From NCBI GenBank assembly GCA_022820025.1, contig JAJEGF010000081.1:48608-112607 (forward strand): a stretch of 64,000 nucleotides of DNA. Reading direction: 5' to 3'. Source of the DNA: Chloroflexota bacterium (GTDB lineage Bacteria; Chloroflexota; UBA11872). The notes under the pieces are model-generated. The model searched no databases, was not told the DNA's origin, and worked only from the letters and a program-made list of their open reading frames with translations. Of this stretch, positions 9,549 to 18,906 are shown in pieces. Numbering within the stretch: position 1 is the first letter of the stretch; every line of letters starts with the position of its first letter. The translations under genes were made by a program, and so were the position numbers.

Positions 9549-10988
9549 CTAGAGCGCGTCCTGCACAAAAGTCTCTAGTCGCGCCCGTAAGGCAAGCCAA
9601 CGCTGGTAGTGATCCGCGTAGGCCGGGGCCTTCGTCATGTCCGGTTCGCGCCACACGCCGGGTGGCGCCAGTGCGTCAGCCGCCTCAACCTGACCACCAT
9701 AGTCCGGTGCCGCCGCAGCCAGCGCCGCGCCCCAGGCCGACGCGGCCACTCCCGGAAACGAACACACCGCACTGCCGGTCACGTTCGCCAGAATCTGTCC
9801 CGCTGCCGGCGCCCGTGCATACCCGCCGGTCAGACGGATCGGACCCGCCGCCGCCGCGCCGTCCAGCGCCAGCCGGTTCCCGTAAACCGCAAACCCCAAG
9901 TCCTCCAGCACGGCCGTACCCAGTACCTCGGCCGTCGGGGCGCCCGTCACGAATGGTGACGGACTCAACATGCCCGTCACGCTCAGGCCGGGAACACTCC
10001 AGTCCGTCACCCGCAATCCCGAGAGCGCGAACACGCCCGCCTCGGCGGCCGACGCCTCGCTCGCAGCCGCCATCGTGAGTTCACCCGACCGGTGCTGCGA
10101 CCGCAGCCATCCGTAGCCAGTGCCCCCATCCCCGGCGTTCGCTTCCGCCATCAGCCCGCCACCCATTCGCAGCCCGCGCCACACTCGCGAATCGCCAGTG
10201 TGAGTCTCGGCTGGCCGAAGACACGTAGTGCTCCATCCCGCCGCTACACAGTCGGCGTCTGAGGCCGCGCCTCTCGTAGCCAACTCTGCGGCATGGCTGT
10301 CCGGCCAGGCCGCCGAGACCAGGCAGTCGGCATCCAATGTACTGTCTGGGCGAACTCGTGCCGGGGCCGGCTCTCGTTCCACTACGGGAAGTACTGACCG
10401 AGCCCAGGTGGGAATCAGGCTCATGGCCCAGGCGTCGGCCTCAAGATCCCATGCTCCCGTCTCCATCGCCGAGATATCCGTGAGCACGGGTTCCGCCCCA
10501 AGGCGTTCGGCAACCCAGCCCTCAAGCGTTCTGAGCTTCGCGGCGGCCTCGCAAACTTCCGGTCGTTCCTCCGCCAGCCACCGCAACTTCCCGGGCCAGT
10601 GAATCATCGCCGGTGCGTGGCCAGTCACGGCCAGCACCGGCCGGTCACTCTCCGCCTCCACGCTCGCCCCGGCCAGCGCTGCGCGCACATCGTCATTGCC
10701 AGAGGCGAAGAGCACCTCGTCCTGTGCATCCACCACGATCAGACTGTGTCGGCACGCCGCCACGCCGATGGCCGCTACCCGCCGGCCTGCGCAGACCTTG
10801 TTCAGCACCTCCACGCAAGCAAGCCAGATTCCGTCCAGGTCCAGGTCGCGCTCGAAATCCACGAGCGACATCGGCGCTCTCGCGCGCTCGCATCGCGCCT
10901 GTCCCGCCTCCCGCCCCTCCGGAGAAACGGCCACCGCCCGAATCCCCGACGACCCGATGTCAAGACCGACATAGACCCGCTCACGCAT
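9549..10988 (-). CDS. FGGY-family carbohydrate kinase (divergent, Ala-rich)
   Basis: N-terminal YVGLDIGSSGIRAV and C-terminal GGYARAPAAGQILANVTG blocks of the FGGY fold. Confidence 0.5.
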   Translation of the reverse strand: MRERVYVGLDIGSSGIRAVAVSPEGREAGQARCERARAPMSLVDFERDLDLDGIWLACVEVLNKVCAGRRVAAIGVAACRHSLIVVDAQDEVLFASGNDDVRAALAGASVEAESDRPVLAVTGHAPAMIHWPGKLRWLAEERPEVCEAAAKLRTLEGWVAERLGAEPVLTDISAMETGAWDLEADAWAMSLIPTWARSVLPVVEREPAPARVRPDSTLDADCLVSAAWPDSHAAELATRGAASDADCVAAGWSTTCLRPAETHTGDSRVWRGLRMGGGLMAEANAGDGGTGYGWLRSQHRSGELTMAAASEASAAEAGVFALSGLRVTDWSVPGLSVTGMLSPSPFVTGAPTAEVLGTAVLEDLGFAVYGNRLALDGAAAAGPIRLTGGYARAPAAGQILANVTGSAVCSFPGVAASAWGAALAAAAPDYGGQVEAADALAPPGVWREPDMTKAPAYADHYQRWLALRARLETFVQDAL

Positions 10989-12000
10989 TTCGTCCCAGGA
11001 CTTCCGGATTCACGATCCGTGCAGGCCGCACGCCATCCAAAAACGCCAGGAAATCGTCCACCACCATGGCCGAGTAGCGCTGCACCGTGGCGTCCGTGGC
11101 GCCCCCGATGTGTGGAAGCAAAAGCACGTTCGGCGCATCCAGCAAGGGGTTGTCAGGCCGTATCGGATGCGTATCGAACACGTCGAACGCGGCTCCGGCC
11201 AGGCGTCCGTCGTGCAGCGCCGCGGCCACATCGTCCGCCTCCACCACACCTTCGCCCGTCGTCGCGACCAGGCGCGCGCCTCTTGGCATGCGGCGTATCG
11301 CCTTCGCGTCGATCAGTCCCCTCGTCGATTCAATCGACGGGCAATGCACCGCCAGCATCGTGGACATTGCCAGCAGGTCCTCCCAGGAATTCGGCTCGCA
11401 TCCGGCTGCCCGAATCTGTGCGTCATTCAATGCCGGATCTACGGCCAGCACGCGCGCGCCAAATGCCGAGGTCAGCCGCGCCGTCTGACGACCGATTCGC
11501 CCCAGGCCAACAATCCCCACGACCTGGCGACCAAGCTCCGAGCCCCGCATCTCCGCGTAGGCCGTCACGGGGTCATTCCAGCGGCGCTCTGCCACGTACG
11601 CGGCCGCCTCTGGTATGGCTCGCAGCAGCGTCAGCATCATGGCGATCGTCAGTTCCGCCACCGCTTTCGCGTTGCGGCCGGGCGCATGCGTCACCACCAC
11701 GCCGGCGCGCGTTGCCGTCTCGATGTCGACGTGCCCGGAATTTCCACGGCAAACCCCCACAAACCCGAGTTGTGGCGCCGCCTCGAATGTTTCGTCCATC
11801 ACGAAGTCAGCCTCCACGAACAGCCCCAGCACTCCGCGCGCGTCTAGCTCCTTGCCGAGCTCCTCCGGATCCGCCAGCTCCAGCGTCTCCGTCCACGGCC
11901 TCACAACCACCTCAGCCACTCGTTCCAGGCGCCTCAGCTCCACTGGATCGAGTTCAACCAGGCTCAACACGCGCGGCCGCGTGGCCGCCGCCGCCGTCAT
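10981..12000 (-). CDS. D-isomer-specific 2-hydroxyacid dehydrogenase
   Basis: NAD-binding GIVGLGRIGRQTAR motif plus catalytic-domain blocks. Confidence 0.7.
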   Translation of the reverse strand: MTAAAATRPRVLSLVELDPVELRRLERVAEVVVRPWTETLELADPEELGKELDARGVLGLFVEADFVMDETFEAAPQLGFVGVCRGNSGHVDIETATRAGVVVTHAPGRNAKAVAELTIAMMLTLLRAIPEAAAYVAERRWNDPVTAYAEMRGSELGRQVVGIVGLGRIGRQTARLTSAFGARVLAVDPALNDAQIRAAGCEPNSWEDLLAMSTMLAVHCPSIESTRGLIDAKAIRRMPRGARLVATTGEGVVEADDVAAALHDGRLAGAAFDVFDTHPIRPDNPLLDAPNVLLLPHIGGATDATVQRYSAMVVDDFLAFLDGVRPARIVNPEVLGRNA

Positions 12001-12027
12001 GCGCAGATGCGCCCGCGCGGACTTTCC

Positions 12028-12909
12028 CTAAGGCACATATCCCCAGCGGGCTTCGGCCTCGTCCGCGGCGTCAATAGCCTCGGCGAGCGCCTGCGCGCTA
12101 GCCAGCGCGGCGTCGGGCGACGCCGTGCCAAGCAACACATGCACCTCTGCCGCTTCAAGGCTCAAGTCCCGAATGCGCTGCACCCATGGCGCCAGGCTGC
12201 GCTCGTCGTATTCGTAGGTCACCGGCTCCACGGGTGACTGCAGCGTCCGCGTCCACCCCTCCGCGTTATGTCCATGCAGACGCACCACCGCCAGGTCATC
12301 CACTGTCGTCATGTCAAACGGGGGATACCAGTCGTCGCTCTCGGACGGGAAGTCTGCAATCACCGTGCCGACTTCAAGCTCAATCAGCGTCTCCAGCGTT
12401 GATTCCTGGTTCACCGGCACTTGCCAGGTTGGATGCCGGAATTCGACCGCCAACGGCAGTTCCGGCAACTCCTGGCGAACCCGACCCAGATACTCTCGCC
12501 CCGCGGTGCCGGCTTCGAACCACGGCGGAAACTGCAGAATGACCGCCCCCAGCCGCCCCGCGGTCCGCAACGGCTCCAGCGACGCCCGAAAATCCTCGAA
12601 CAGCACACCGGGGGGCTCCACCGCAACATCCGTCCAGGACTTCTTTCGGCGCGGATCCGCCCCCGGCCGACGCTGATAAAGCGTCAGTCCTCCAAAGGCC
12701 ACCACGTCGAACCTGAAACCGTCCGGCGACCGATCGACCCACTCCTGCACGCGCTCCGGCTTTGGAATCCCGCTGAACACATTCTCGGCTTCAACTACCG
12801 ACGCGTGTTGGGCGTAGACGCCCAGCATTTCATTCGGACGCGTGCGTGGCGGGTAAATCTCCTTCAGCCGTTGCCAGCCCCGCGTGCCGTACCGGCGGAC
12901 TGCGGTCAC
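12028..12909 (-). CDS. DUF72-family protein
   Basis: GTG start. N-terminal YGTRGW and later GFRF..V. pattern are typical of DUF72/UPF0759. Confidence 0.55.
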   Translation of the reverse strand: MTAVRRYGTRGWQRLKEIYPPRTRPNEMLGVYAQHASVVEAENVFSGIPKPERVQEWVDRSPDGFRFDVVAFGGLTLYQRRPGADPRRKKSWTDVAVEPPGVLFEDFRASLEPLRTAGRLGAVILQFPPWFEAGTAGREYLGRVRQELPELPLAVEFRHPTWQVPVNQESTLETLIELEVGTVIADFPSESDDWYPPFDMTTVDDLAVVRLHGHNAEGWTRTLQSPVEPVTYEYDERSLAPWVQRIRDLSLEAAEVHVLLGTASPDAALASAQALAEAIDAADEAEARWGYVP

Positions 12910-13238
12910 ACGGCCTTCCCGGCGTCGTCACTGCCGACGCCTCGCCGTGCTGACATTCGCTCAATCTCGCGCCGGTATTCGCGGTCCCGCCAGCCCTCGA
13001 TCGCCCGCATCCCGGGTCCAAACAGCACCGCCACGTGTGCGGCCAGCGCAATCAGCCAGAACAGCATTGGCCAGAAGAACCACAGGCTCTCCGGCGTCGT
13101 TGCCAGGTTCAACACCAGCAACAACAGCCCAATCGCCAGGAACACCCCCACGTGGGCCGCAAAACCAATCCGCGCGCGAATCCGCTCCGTGGCGCGACGA
13201 AAGGCGACGTCTTCGTCTGCCGTCGAGAGGTCGGCCAT
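12906..13238 (-). CDS. 2TM-domain small membrane protein
   Basis: Two hydrophobic helices in a 110-aa protein. Internal ATG chosen as start. Confidence 0.45.
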   Translation of the reverse strand: MADLSTADEDVAFRRATERIRARIGFAAHVGVFLAIGLLLLVLNLATTPESLWFFWPMLFWLIALAAHVAVLFGPGMRAIEGWRDREYRREIERMSARRGVGSDDAGKAV

Positions 13239-13293
13239 GTGCAAGAGCCCTTCTGCGCGCGCGCTGGGATTCTAGCCTTCAGCGCCTGGCGTG

Positions 13294-14679
13294 CTAGAGC
13301 GCCCGCAGCGCCGTCCGCAGCGCGTCTTCATCCCTGGGCAGCACCGTACGCATGTCCAGCCGCACGTGGCCCGAGTGGATTCGTCCGACGACAGGGGGCG
13401 AGCAGTTTCGAAGCCGCGCCGCCAATTCGTCAGCGCCCGTTCCCTCGTGCGCAATCTCGATCGCCACGCTCGGAAGCACCTGGCCCGGCAGCGACCCGCC
13501 GCCAACGGCCGCCGATGACGGCACCGGGCGCAACCCCGCCGTGCCATTCATCACCCGCTCGGCCCGCTCCCGCAGCTCGTCCAGTCCCGCCGCGATCATC
13601 CGCCAGACCGGGACTGTCGCCGGCGCCTCGTCCCGCAGGTAGTGCCCCAAGGTCGCTCGCAGCCCCGCAATCGTCATCTTGTCCGGCCGCAGCGCCCGCG
13701 CCAGCGGCCGCCGCGCAATCGGATCCACCACCTCGGCGGCGCCAACGATCACTCCAGCCTGCGGCCCTCCCAGCAACTTGTCGCCCGAGAACGTCACCAG
13801 ATCCGCCCCGGCATCCAGCGCCTCCCCGATCAGCGGCTCCCGCGCAAGCCCGTACGCCGTCGTGTCCAGCAGAGCGCCTGACCCCAGGTCGTTGATCAGC
13901 AGCAGGCCGCGCTCGCGCGCCAAGCCGGCCAGTTCGGCCGGGTCGGGCGACTCCGTAAACCCCATCTGGGCAAAGTTGCTGGGATGGACCCGCATGATCG
14001 CGGCCGTATCGTCATTCACCGCCCGTGCGTAGTCCTCCACCCGCGTCCGATTCGTCGTGCCCACATCTCGCAGTCGCGCCCCGCTCGCCTGCAGGATTTC
14101 GGGAATCCGAAACCCGCCCCCAATCTCGATTGACTCGCCCCGAGCCACCAGCACCTCGCGCCCCCGCGCGTGCGCCTCCAGCGTCAGGAACACCGCCGCC
14201 GCGTTGTTATTCAGCACCAGCGCCGCCGCGGCCCCCGTGACCTCGCGAACCACGTCCGAGATGTGATTCGACCGCGAGCCGCGCCGGCCCGTCCCAAGGT
14301 CATACTCCAGATCGCTGTATCCGCTCGCCGCCGCGTGAACGGCCGCCAGAGCCTGATCGCTCAGCGGCGCACGTCCCAGGTTGGTGTGAATGATTACGCC
14401 TGTGGCGTTGATAACGGGCTGCGGCGCCTCCTGAAGCACCAGCCGTGCTCGCAGCGCGCCCGCCTCCGCAATTGCGTCCGCGCATGACGCCTGATGCCCG
14501 CGCGCCACCGCGTTCCGTGCCAGCGCAATCTCGGCGCGAGCGGCCCGCACCGCCAACCGCGCCGGCACGTCCGGCGCCAGCCGCTCGATCGCCTGGGCCA
14601 CGACCTCCACCGAGGGGATCAGCCTGAAGTTCGCCCGCGCGTCGCTCACCTCACGCCCCAAACTTCTGCAGCCGCCCAC
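13294..14679 (-). CDS. selA: L-seryl-tRNA(Sec) selenium transferase
   Basis: Long colinear match to SelA blocks (VINATGVIIHTNLGRAPL, NNNAAAVFL, VARGESIEIGGGFRIPE, FSGDKLLGGPQAG). GTG start, exact start uncertain. Confidence 0.8.
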   Translation of the reverse strand: MGGCRSLGREVSDARANFRLIPSVEVVAQAIERLAPDVPARLAVRAARAEIALARNAVARGHQASCADAIAEAGALRARLVLQEAPQPVINATGVIIHTNLGRAPLSDQALAAVHAAASGYSDLEYDLGTGRRGSRSNHISDVVREVTGAAAALVLNNNAAAVFLTLEAHARGREVLVARGESIEIGGGFRIPEILQASGARLRDVGTTNRTRVEDYARAVNDDTAAIMRVHPSNFAQMGFTESPDPAELAGLARERGLLLINDLGSGALLDTTAYGLAREPLIGEALDAGADLVTFSGDKLLGGPQAGVIVGAAEVVDPIARRPLARALRPDKMTIAGLRATLGHYLRDEAPATVPVWRMIAAGLDELRERAERVMNGTAGLRPVPSSAAVGGGSLPGQVLPSVAIEIAHEGTGADELAARLRNCSPPVVGRIHSGHVRLDMRTVLPRDEDALRTALRAL

Positions 14680-15889
14680 CGTGCGCCAGCATCATCGCCA
14701 TGATCGACTGCGCCGGAAACACCCCCAGCGATCCCTGCCCACACGCCCGTTCGCCAAAAGACTGCACCGTGTCGGATAACACGTGCGCGCCCCGAATCAG
14801 GCAGGGCACCGGATGCCACGAGTGCTGCCGCATTCGCGACGGCGTGGAGTGATCTCCGGTCACCACCACCACGTCAGGCTCAAGCTCCATCAGCGTCGGC
14901 ACCATCCGGTCCATTGCCTCGAGAGCCCGCGCCTTCGCATCGAACTCGCCATCTTCGCCGCGGGCATCGGGCGACTTGTGATGAATGAAGAAATAGTCGT
15001 ACTCATCCCAGGCCGCCGCCAGCGCCGCCATCTGCTCGTCCACCGACTCCAACCCGTCAACCACCGCCATGCCCGCCACGCGCGCAAGGCCCTTGTACAT
15101 CGGGTAAGTCGCCAGGCAGACCGGCTGCAGCCCGTAAAGCGAGTGCAGGCTTTCCAGTTCCGGCAGCCCGGCATATCCCCGCATCAGCACAAAGTTCGCC
15201 GGGGACTCGCTCCCGATGCAATTGCGCACTGCCTCGCCAACCAGCCGCAGCACCGCGCTCGTATGTTGAGCTGTCGCGGTCAGCGGTTCCGGTTCGACCG
15301 GCGGTACGCCCACCGTCTGTGGGTCGGTCTCCTCGACCGCCGGGGAAAGATACGCGCCGCGAATAATCAGCACCGCCCGGTGTTGCGACTCCGTGGTGAA
15401 TTCCAGCTCCACTCCCGGAACTTCGATCTCATTCAGCCTCGAAACCAGCGTCTGATTGAGACTCGTATCTATACGTCCGGCCCTGCGGTCAACCACGATT
15501 CCCTGGTCATCCAGAGTGCAAAAGTTCAGCCGCACCCCGAGGTCGCCCGCGTCAAGTCGCAGGCCCAGTCCCAGCGCCGAGAGCGCGCCGCGTCCAATGT
15601 TCGAAGCGACCGGGTCGTAGCCGAACAAGGCCAAGTGACCTGGACCGCTCCCCGGCGTGATCCCCAGACCAACCGGCTGGCTCAGCCCGGTCTGGCCCTC
15701 CGCCGCCAGCCGATCGAGATTCGGCGTTGCGGCTGCCTCCAATTCGGTCGGCCCGCCGGCCTCGCGCGGCAAACCGCCCAGACCATCCAGGACCAGCAGC
15801 ACCAGCTTTGACCTCGCCGGTTGGGCCAGCGATTGAAGAAACGACGGATCAGCCAATGAACGACACGCCGAGGGGCACCGTCCCCACAT
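14651..15889 (-). CDS. Cofactor-independent phosphoglycerate mutase, archaeal type (ApgM family)
   Basis: LVLLVLDGLGG and VVVTGDHSTP metal-binding blocks. True start may be an internal TTG (about 15856). Confidence 0.6.
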   Translation of the reverse strand: MWGRCPSACRSLADPSFLQSLAQPARSKLVLLVLDGLGGLPREAGGPTELEAAATPNLDRLAAEGQTGLSQPVGLGITPGSGPGHLALFGYDPVASNIGRGALSALGLGLRLDAGDLGVRLNFCTLDDQGIVVDRRAGRIDTSLNQTLVSRLNEIEVPGVELEFTTESQHRAVLIIRGAYLSPAVEETDPQTVGVPPVEPEPLTATAQHTSAVLRLVGEAVRNCIGSESPANFVLMRGYAGLPELESLHSLYGLQPVCLATYPMYKGLARVAGMAVVDGLESVDEQMAALAAAWDEYDYFFIHHKSPDARGEDGEFDAKARALEAMDRMVPTLMELEPDVVVVTGDHSTPSRMRQHSWHPVPCLIRGAHVLSDTVQSFGERACGQGSLGVFPAQSIMAMMLAHGGRLQKFGA

Positions 15890-16004
15890 TATCTGGCCAC
15901 CCGTGTCCCGTCGCGACCGGTGCCGCGCTCACGCAAGAATCATCACGCCACGCCCCGCCCCTCGGTGCTAGCCTCAACCGAACCGATCCAACCCCTCGCC
16001 AGCC

Positions 16005-17087
16005 ATGCCTCCCAGGGTCCTTGTCGCCATGAGCGGCGGTGTCGACAGCTCCGTCGCCGCCGCCCTGCTCGCTAGCGACGGCTACGACGTCGTCGGCGTC
16101 ACCTTCAACCAGTGGCCGGCCGATCTCATGGCTCGCGCAACCGGCAACGGCTGCTGCACGCCGGACACCATTGACGACGCCCGCCGCGTCTGCGCCATCC
16201 TGGGCGTCCCCCACTACGTCGTCGATTACCGTCGCGAATTCGAAGCCGCAGTCATCGAACCTTGGATCAAGGCCTACCTCAACGGCCAGACCCCCAACCC
16301 CTGCGTCATGTGCAACCGCACCGTCCGCTTCGGATCCTTTCTCACCAAGGCCGACGAACTCGGCGCCGAGTTCATCGCCACCGGCCACTACGCACGCATC
16401 GAGACCGACCGATCCACCGGTCGTCGCCGACTCCTCACGGCCAGGCACCACGCAAAGGACCAGTCGTACGTTCTTCACGTCCTCGGCCAGCGCCAGCTGG
16501 CTCGCATCCTGTTTCCGCTCGGCGAACTGTCAAAGCCGGAGGTCCGCCGGCTCGCCACCGACGTTGGCCTGCCGGTCGCCCTGAAGGCCGATAGCCAGGA
16601 AATCTGCTTCGTACCCGACAACGACCATGCGGGCTATGTCCGCAACCACGGAACCACCGGCCCGGGCGAGATCGTCGATACCTCGGGAACAGTCCTCGGT
16701 CGCCACCATGGCCTCGAGGCCTTCACCCCCGGCCAGCGCCGCGGACTCAACCTCGGTGGCGGCGCCTCGCGCCGATATGTTGTGGATCTTGATGCCGGGG
16801 CCAATCGCGTCACCATCGGCGCCCAGGCCGAAGCCGCCGCCCGCCAGATCAACGTCGACAACGTGAACTGGGTAGCCAGCGCACCGCCGCAAGCGCCATG
16901 TCGCGTCGGGGTTCGCACCCGTTACCGCATGCCGTTGGCCGACGCCACGATCGTCATCGCCGCCAGCGGAGTCACCGTGGAGTTCCACGAACCGACATGG
17001 GCGCCGGCCCCTGGCCAGTCGGCCGTGTTCTATGACGGCGAAGAAGTGCTTGGCGGTGGAACAATCGCCGCCGTAACCGCTCGATGA
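16005..17087 (+). CDS. mnmA: tRNA-specific 2-thiouridylase
   Basis: PP-loop VAMSGGVDSSVAA and conserved Cys residues. 360 aa. Confidence 0.85.
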   Translation: MPPRVLVAMSGGVDSSVAAALLASDGYDVVGVTFNQWPADLMARATGNGCCTPDTIDDARRVCAILGVPHYVVDYRREFEAAVIEPWIKAYLNGQTPNPCVMCNRTVRFGSFLTKADELGAEFIATGHYARIETDRSTGRRRLLTARHHAKDQSYVLHVLGQRQLARILFPLGELSKPEVRRLATDVGLPVALKADSQEICFVPDNDHAGYVRNHGTTGPGEIVDTSGTVLGRHHGLEAFTPGQRRGLNLGGGASRRYVVDLDAGANRVTIGAQAEAAARQINVDNVNWVASAPPQAPCRVGVRTRYRMPLADATIVIAASGVTVEFHEPTWAPAPGQSAVFYDGEEVLGGGTIAAVTAR

Positions 17088-17419
17088 GCGCCAATCCGTT
17101 GGCCGGCCTGGACGCCTACTGCCCCCGCTGTTTCCGCCTGGTCTACAGCCAGGTCGTCTTTTGCCAGTTTTGCGGGCAGTTCATTCACCAAAACGCCCCG
17201 GCCGATTCTCGTCCGTGGGATTCACGTCCGCCGCAGGTACCGGTGGTCGCGCCCGTCGAGGCCCCCGCGGCTCCCAACATAGACCTGCCGGAGGATGCGC
17301 TGCCCTACGGAATCGCCGGTGGCGCCGCCGACGACGAGTCGCCTACCCAAGCCACCGACGCTCAGCCGTCCACGGCCTCCGACGTGCCTACCGGAAAAAC
17401 CGATACCGAATCAACTTGA
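17084..17419 (+). CDS. Zinc-ribbon domain protein with Pro-rich tail
   Basis: CPRC...CQFCG four-Cys ribbon. ATGA overlap with mnmA. Confidence 0.4.
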   Translation: MSANPLAGLDAYCPRCFRLVYSQVVFCQFCGQFIHQNAPADSRPWDSRPPQVPVVAPVEAPAAPNIDLPEDALPYGIAGGAADDESPTQATDAQPSTASDVPTGKTDTEST

Positions 17420-18068
17420 TCACAGCCTCCGGCCCGTCCACCCACCAGCGCAGCTTCTTCTTCTCCTCACGAGCCTCATAGCTGATCGGAACCTGGGCAA
17501 TCTGCTCACCGCGTGACACGAAGGCTGCGGTCAACTCCACTTCCAAATCGAAAGAGTTGGCCTGGAGGGTCACGCCCTCCAGCACCTCCCGCCGCCACAT
17601 CTTGTAGCAAGTCTCCATGTCGCGGATGGCTACGCCGTAGAGCAGATTCGTCAAGAGGGTGAGCGCCTGGTTCCCTGCCCGCAGCAGGAACCGTTGGCTG
17701 CTGAAATCGCGATATCCGTAAACCACGCGCGCCTCGCCGGCTTCAATAAGCTTGAGCATTGGCACGAAGTCCGTCGGGTCATACTCCAAATCCGCGTCCT
17801 GGATCACGATCACGTCCCCTTGCGCCTCCGCCAACCCCGTGCGCACGGCGGCGCCCTTGCCCTGGTTGACTGGATGCCTCACCACGTGAACCCCGGGCAC
17901 ATCGGCATCCGTAATCGCATCCAGCGTCCGGTCGGTTGAGCTGTCGTCCACCACGATGATCTCAATGTCCAGATCCAGCGCGGCGACCTGCTCCAGCACC
18001 AACGCGATGGTCTCCGCTTCGTTGAAAGCGGGAACGATCACACTCAGCCTGATTTGAGACCTCGCCAT
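17388..18068 (-). CDS. GT2 glycosyltransferase (polyprenyl-phosphate sugar synthase, Dpm1-like)
   Basis: N-terminal LSVIVPAFNEAETI, DD motif and IQDADL catalytic block. Confidence 0.7.
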   Translation of the reverse strand: MARSQIRLSVIVPAFNEAETIALVLEQVAALDLDIEIIVVDDSSTDRTLDAITDADVPGVHVVRHPVNQGKGAAVRTGLAEAQGDVIVIQDADLEYDPTDFVPMLKLIEAGEARVVYGYRDFSSQRFLLRAGNQALTLLTNLLYGVAIRDMETCYKMWRREVLEGVTLQANSFDLEVELTAAFVSRGEQIAQVPISYEAREEKKKLRWWVDGPEAVIKLIRYRFFR

Positions 18069-18769
18069 AGCTGAATTATGTCAAGAAATGAGTTTACGAT
18101 CACGCGCGGACTGTTGCCCGATTGCACGCCGGCCTGTCGCGGATAGTGCGTCACGCCAACCTGCGTGAAGCTGTGCCCGCCCCGCAGAGCGCGGGCGATC
18201 AGTTCTGCCGAGATCGCGGCGCCCCGTCCCGATATGAAATCGTCGACCGGCACGGCCTCGCGTCGGTAGAGCTTGAAGCCGCAGTCCAAATCCCGCACCC
18301 GGAATCCCAGGAGCAATCGCACCGAAAGACCCCAGAGCCAGGCGTTCAACCGCCGGTAGAACGGATCGGCTCGGTTGATCCGATATCCCAGCACGAATCC
18401 GTGCTCGTCCAGCGCGTCCACAACGGCCGGCAGATCCTCCAGCGAGAACTGCCCATCGCCGTCAGCACAGAAGATCAAGTCGCCTGTCGCGGATTCAAAC
18501 CCCGTCCGCAGCGCCCGTCCGTACCCCAAATTCGTGGGATGCGAAACTACCCGCACGCGCGGATCATTTTCCCCGATGGCGCCGGCAAGCGCCGCCGTGT
18601 CATCGGTCGACCCGTCATTGACGATGATGACCTCAAAGTCATCGGCAACACTCGGCAGGTATTCCAGCGCGTTGCCGATCACCCGCTCGACGTTCTCCGC
18701 CTCGTTGTGACACGGAAAGAAAACGCTGATCGAGGCCCATGGCGTGGGGCCGTCTGAAGCCTGCTGCAA
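18044..18769 (-). CDS. GT2 glycosyltransferase (Dpm1-like), tandem paralog
   Basis: ISVFFPCHNEAENV ... IVNDGSTDDT ... CADGDGQ motifs. The ORF-track N-terminal extension is Arg-rich and overlaps the + strand isomerase gene, so an in-frame TTG at 18769 was chosen as start (uncertain). Confidence 0.5.
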   Translation of the reverse strand: MQQASDGPTPWASISVFFPCHNEAENVERVIGNALEYLPSVADDFEVIIVNDGSTDDTAALAGAIGENDPRVRVVSHPTNLGYGRALRTGFESATGDLIFCADGDGQFSLEDLPAVVDALDEHGFVLGYRINRADPFYRRLNAWLWGLSVRLLLGFRVRDLDCGFKLYRREAVPVDDFISGRGAAISAELIARALRGGHSFTQVGVTHYPRQAGVQSGNSPRVIVNSFLDIIQLWRGLKSG

Positions 18770-18906
18770 GTCGGTCCCCCAGTCAGCTACCGGCTGGGCG
18801 CGAAACGATTGCCCGCCGACATTCGTCCGCCGGTGACTATGGCACACCACCCGCGCCCACTGGTACGCGGCATAATCCCAGGCCAAGTCCGCACGGGATC
18901 GGGCCG

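Noticed and set aside
10599-12077. 492-aa + strand ORF rich in Arg/Pro/Ala
   Set aside because: Lies antisense to the well-supported FGGY kinase and 2-hydroxyacid dehydrogenase genes. Low-complexity composition typical of spurious ORFs in high-GC DNA.
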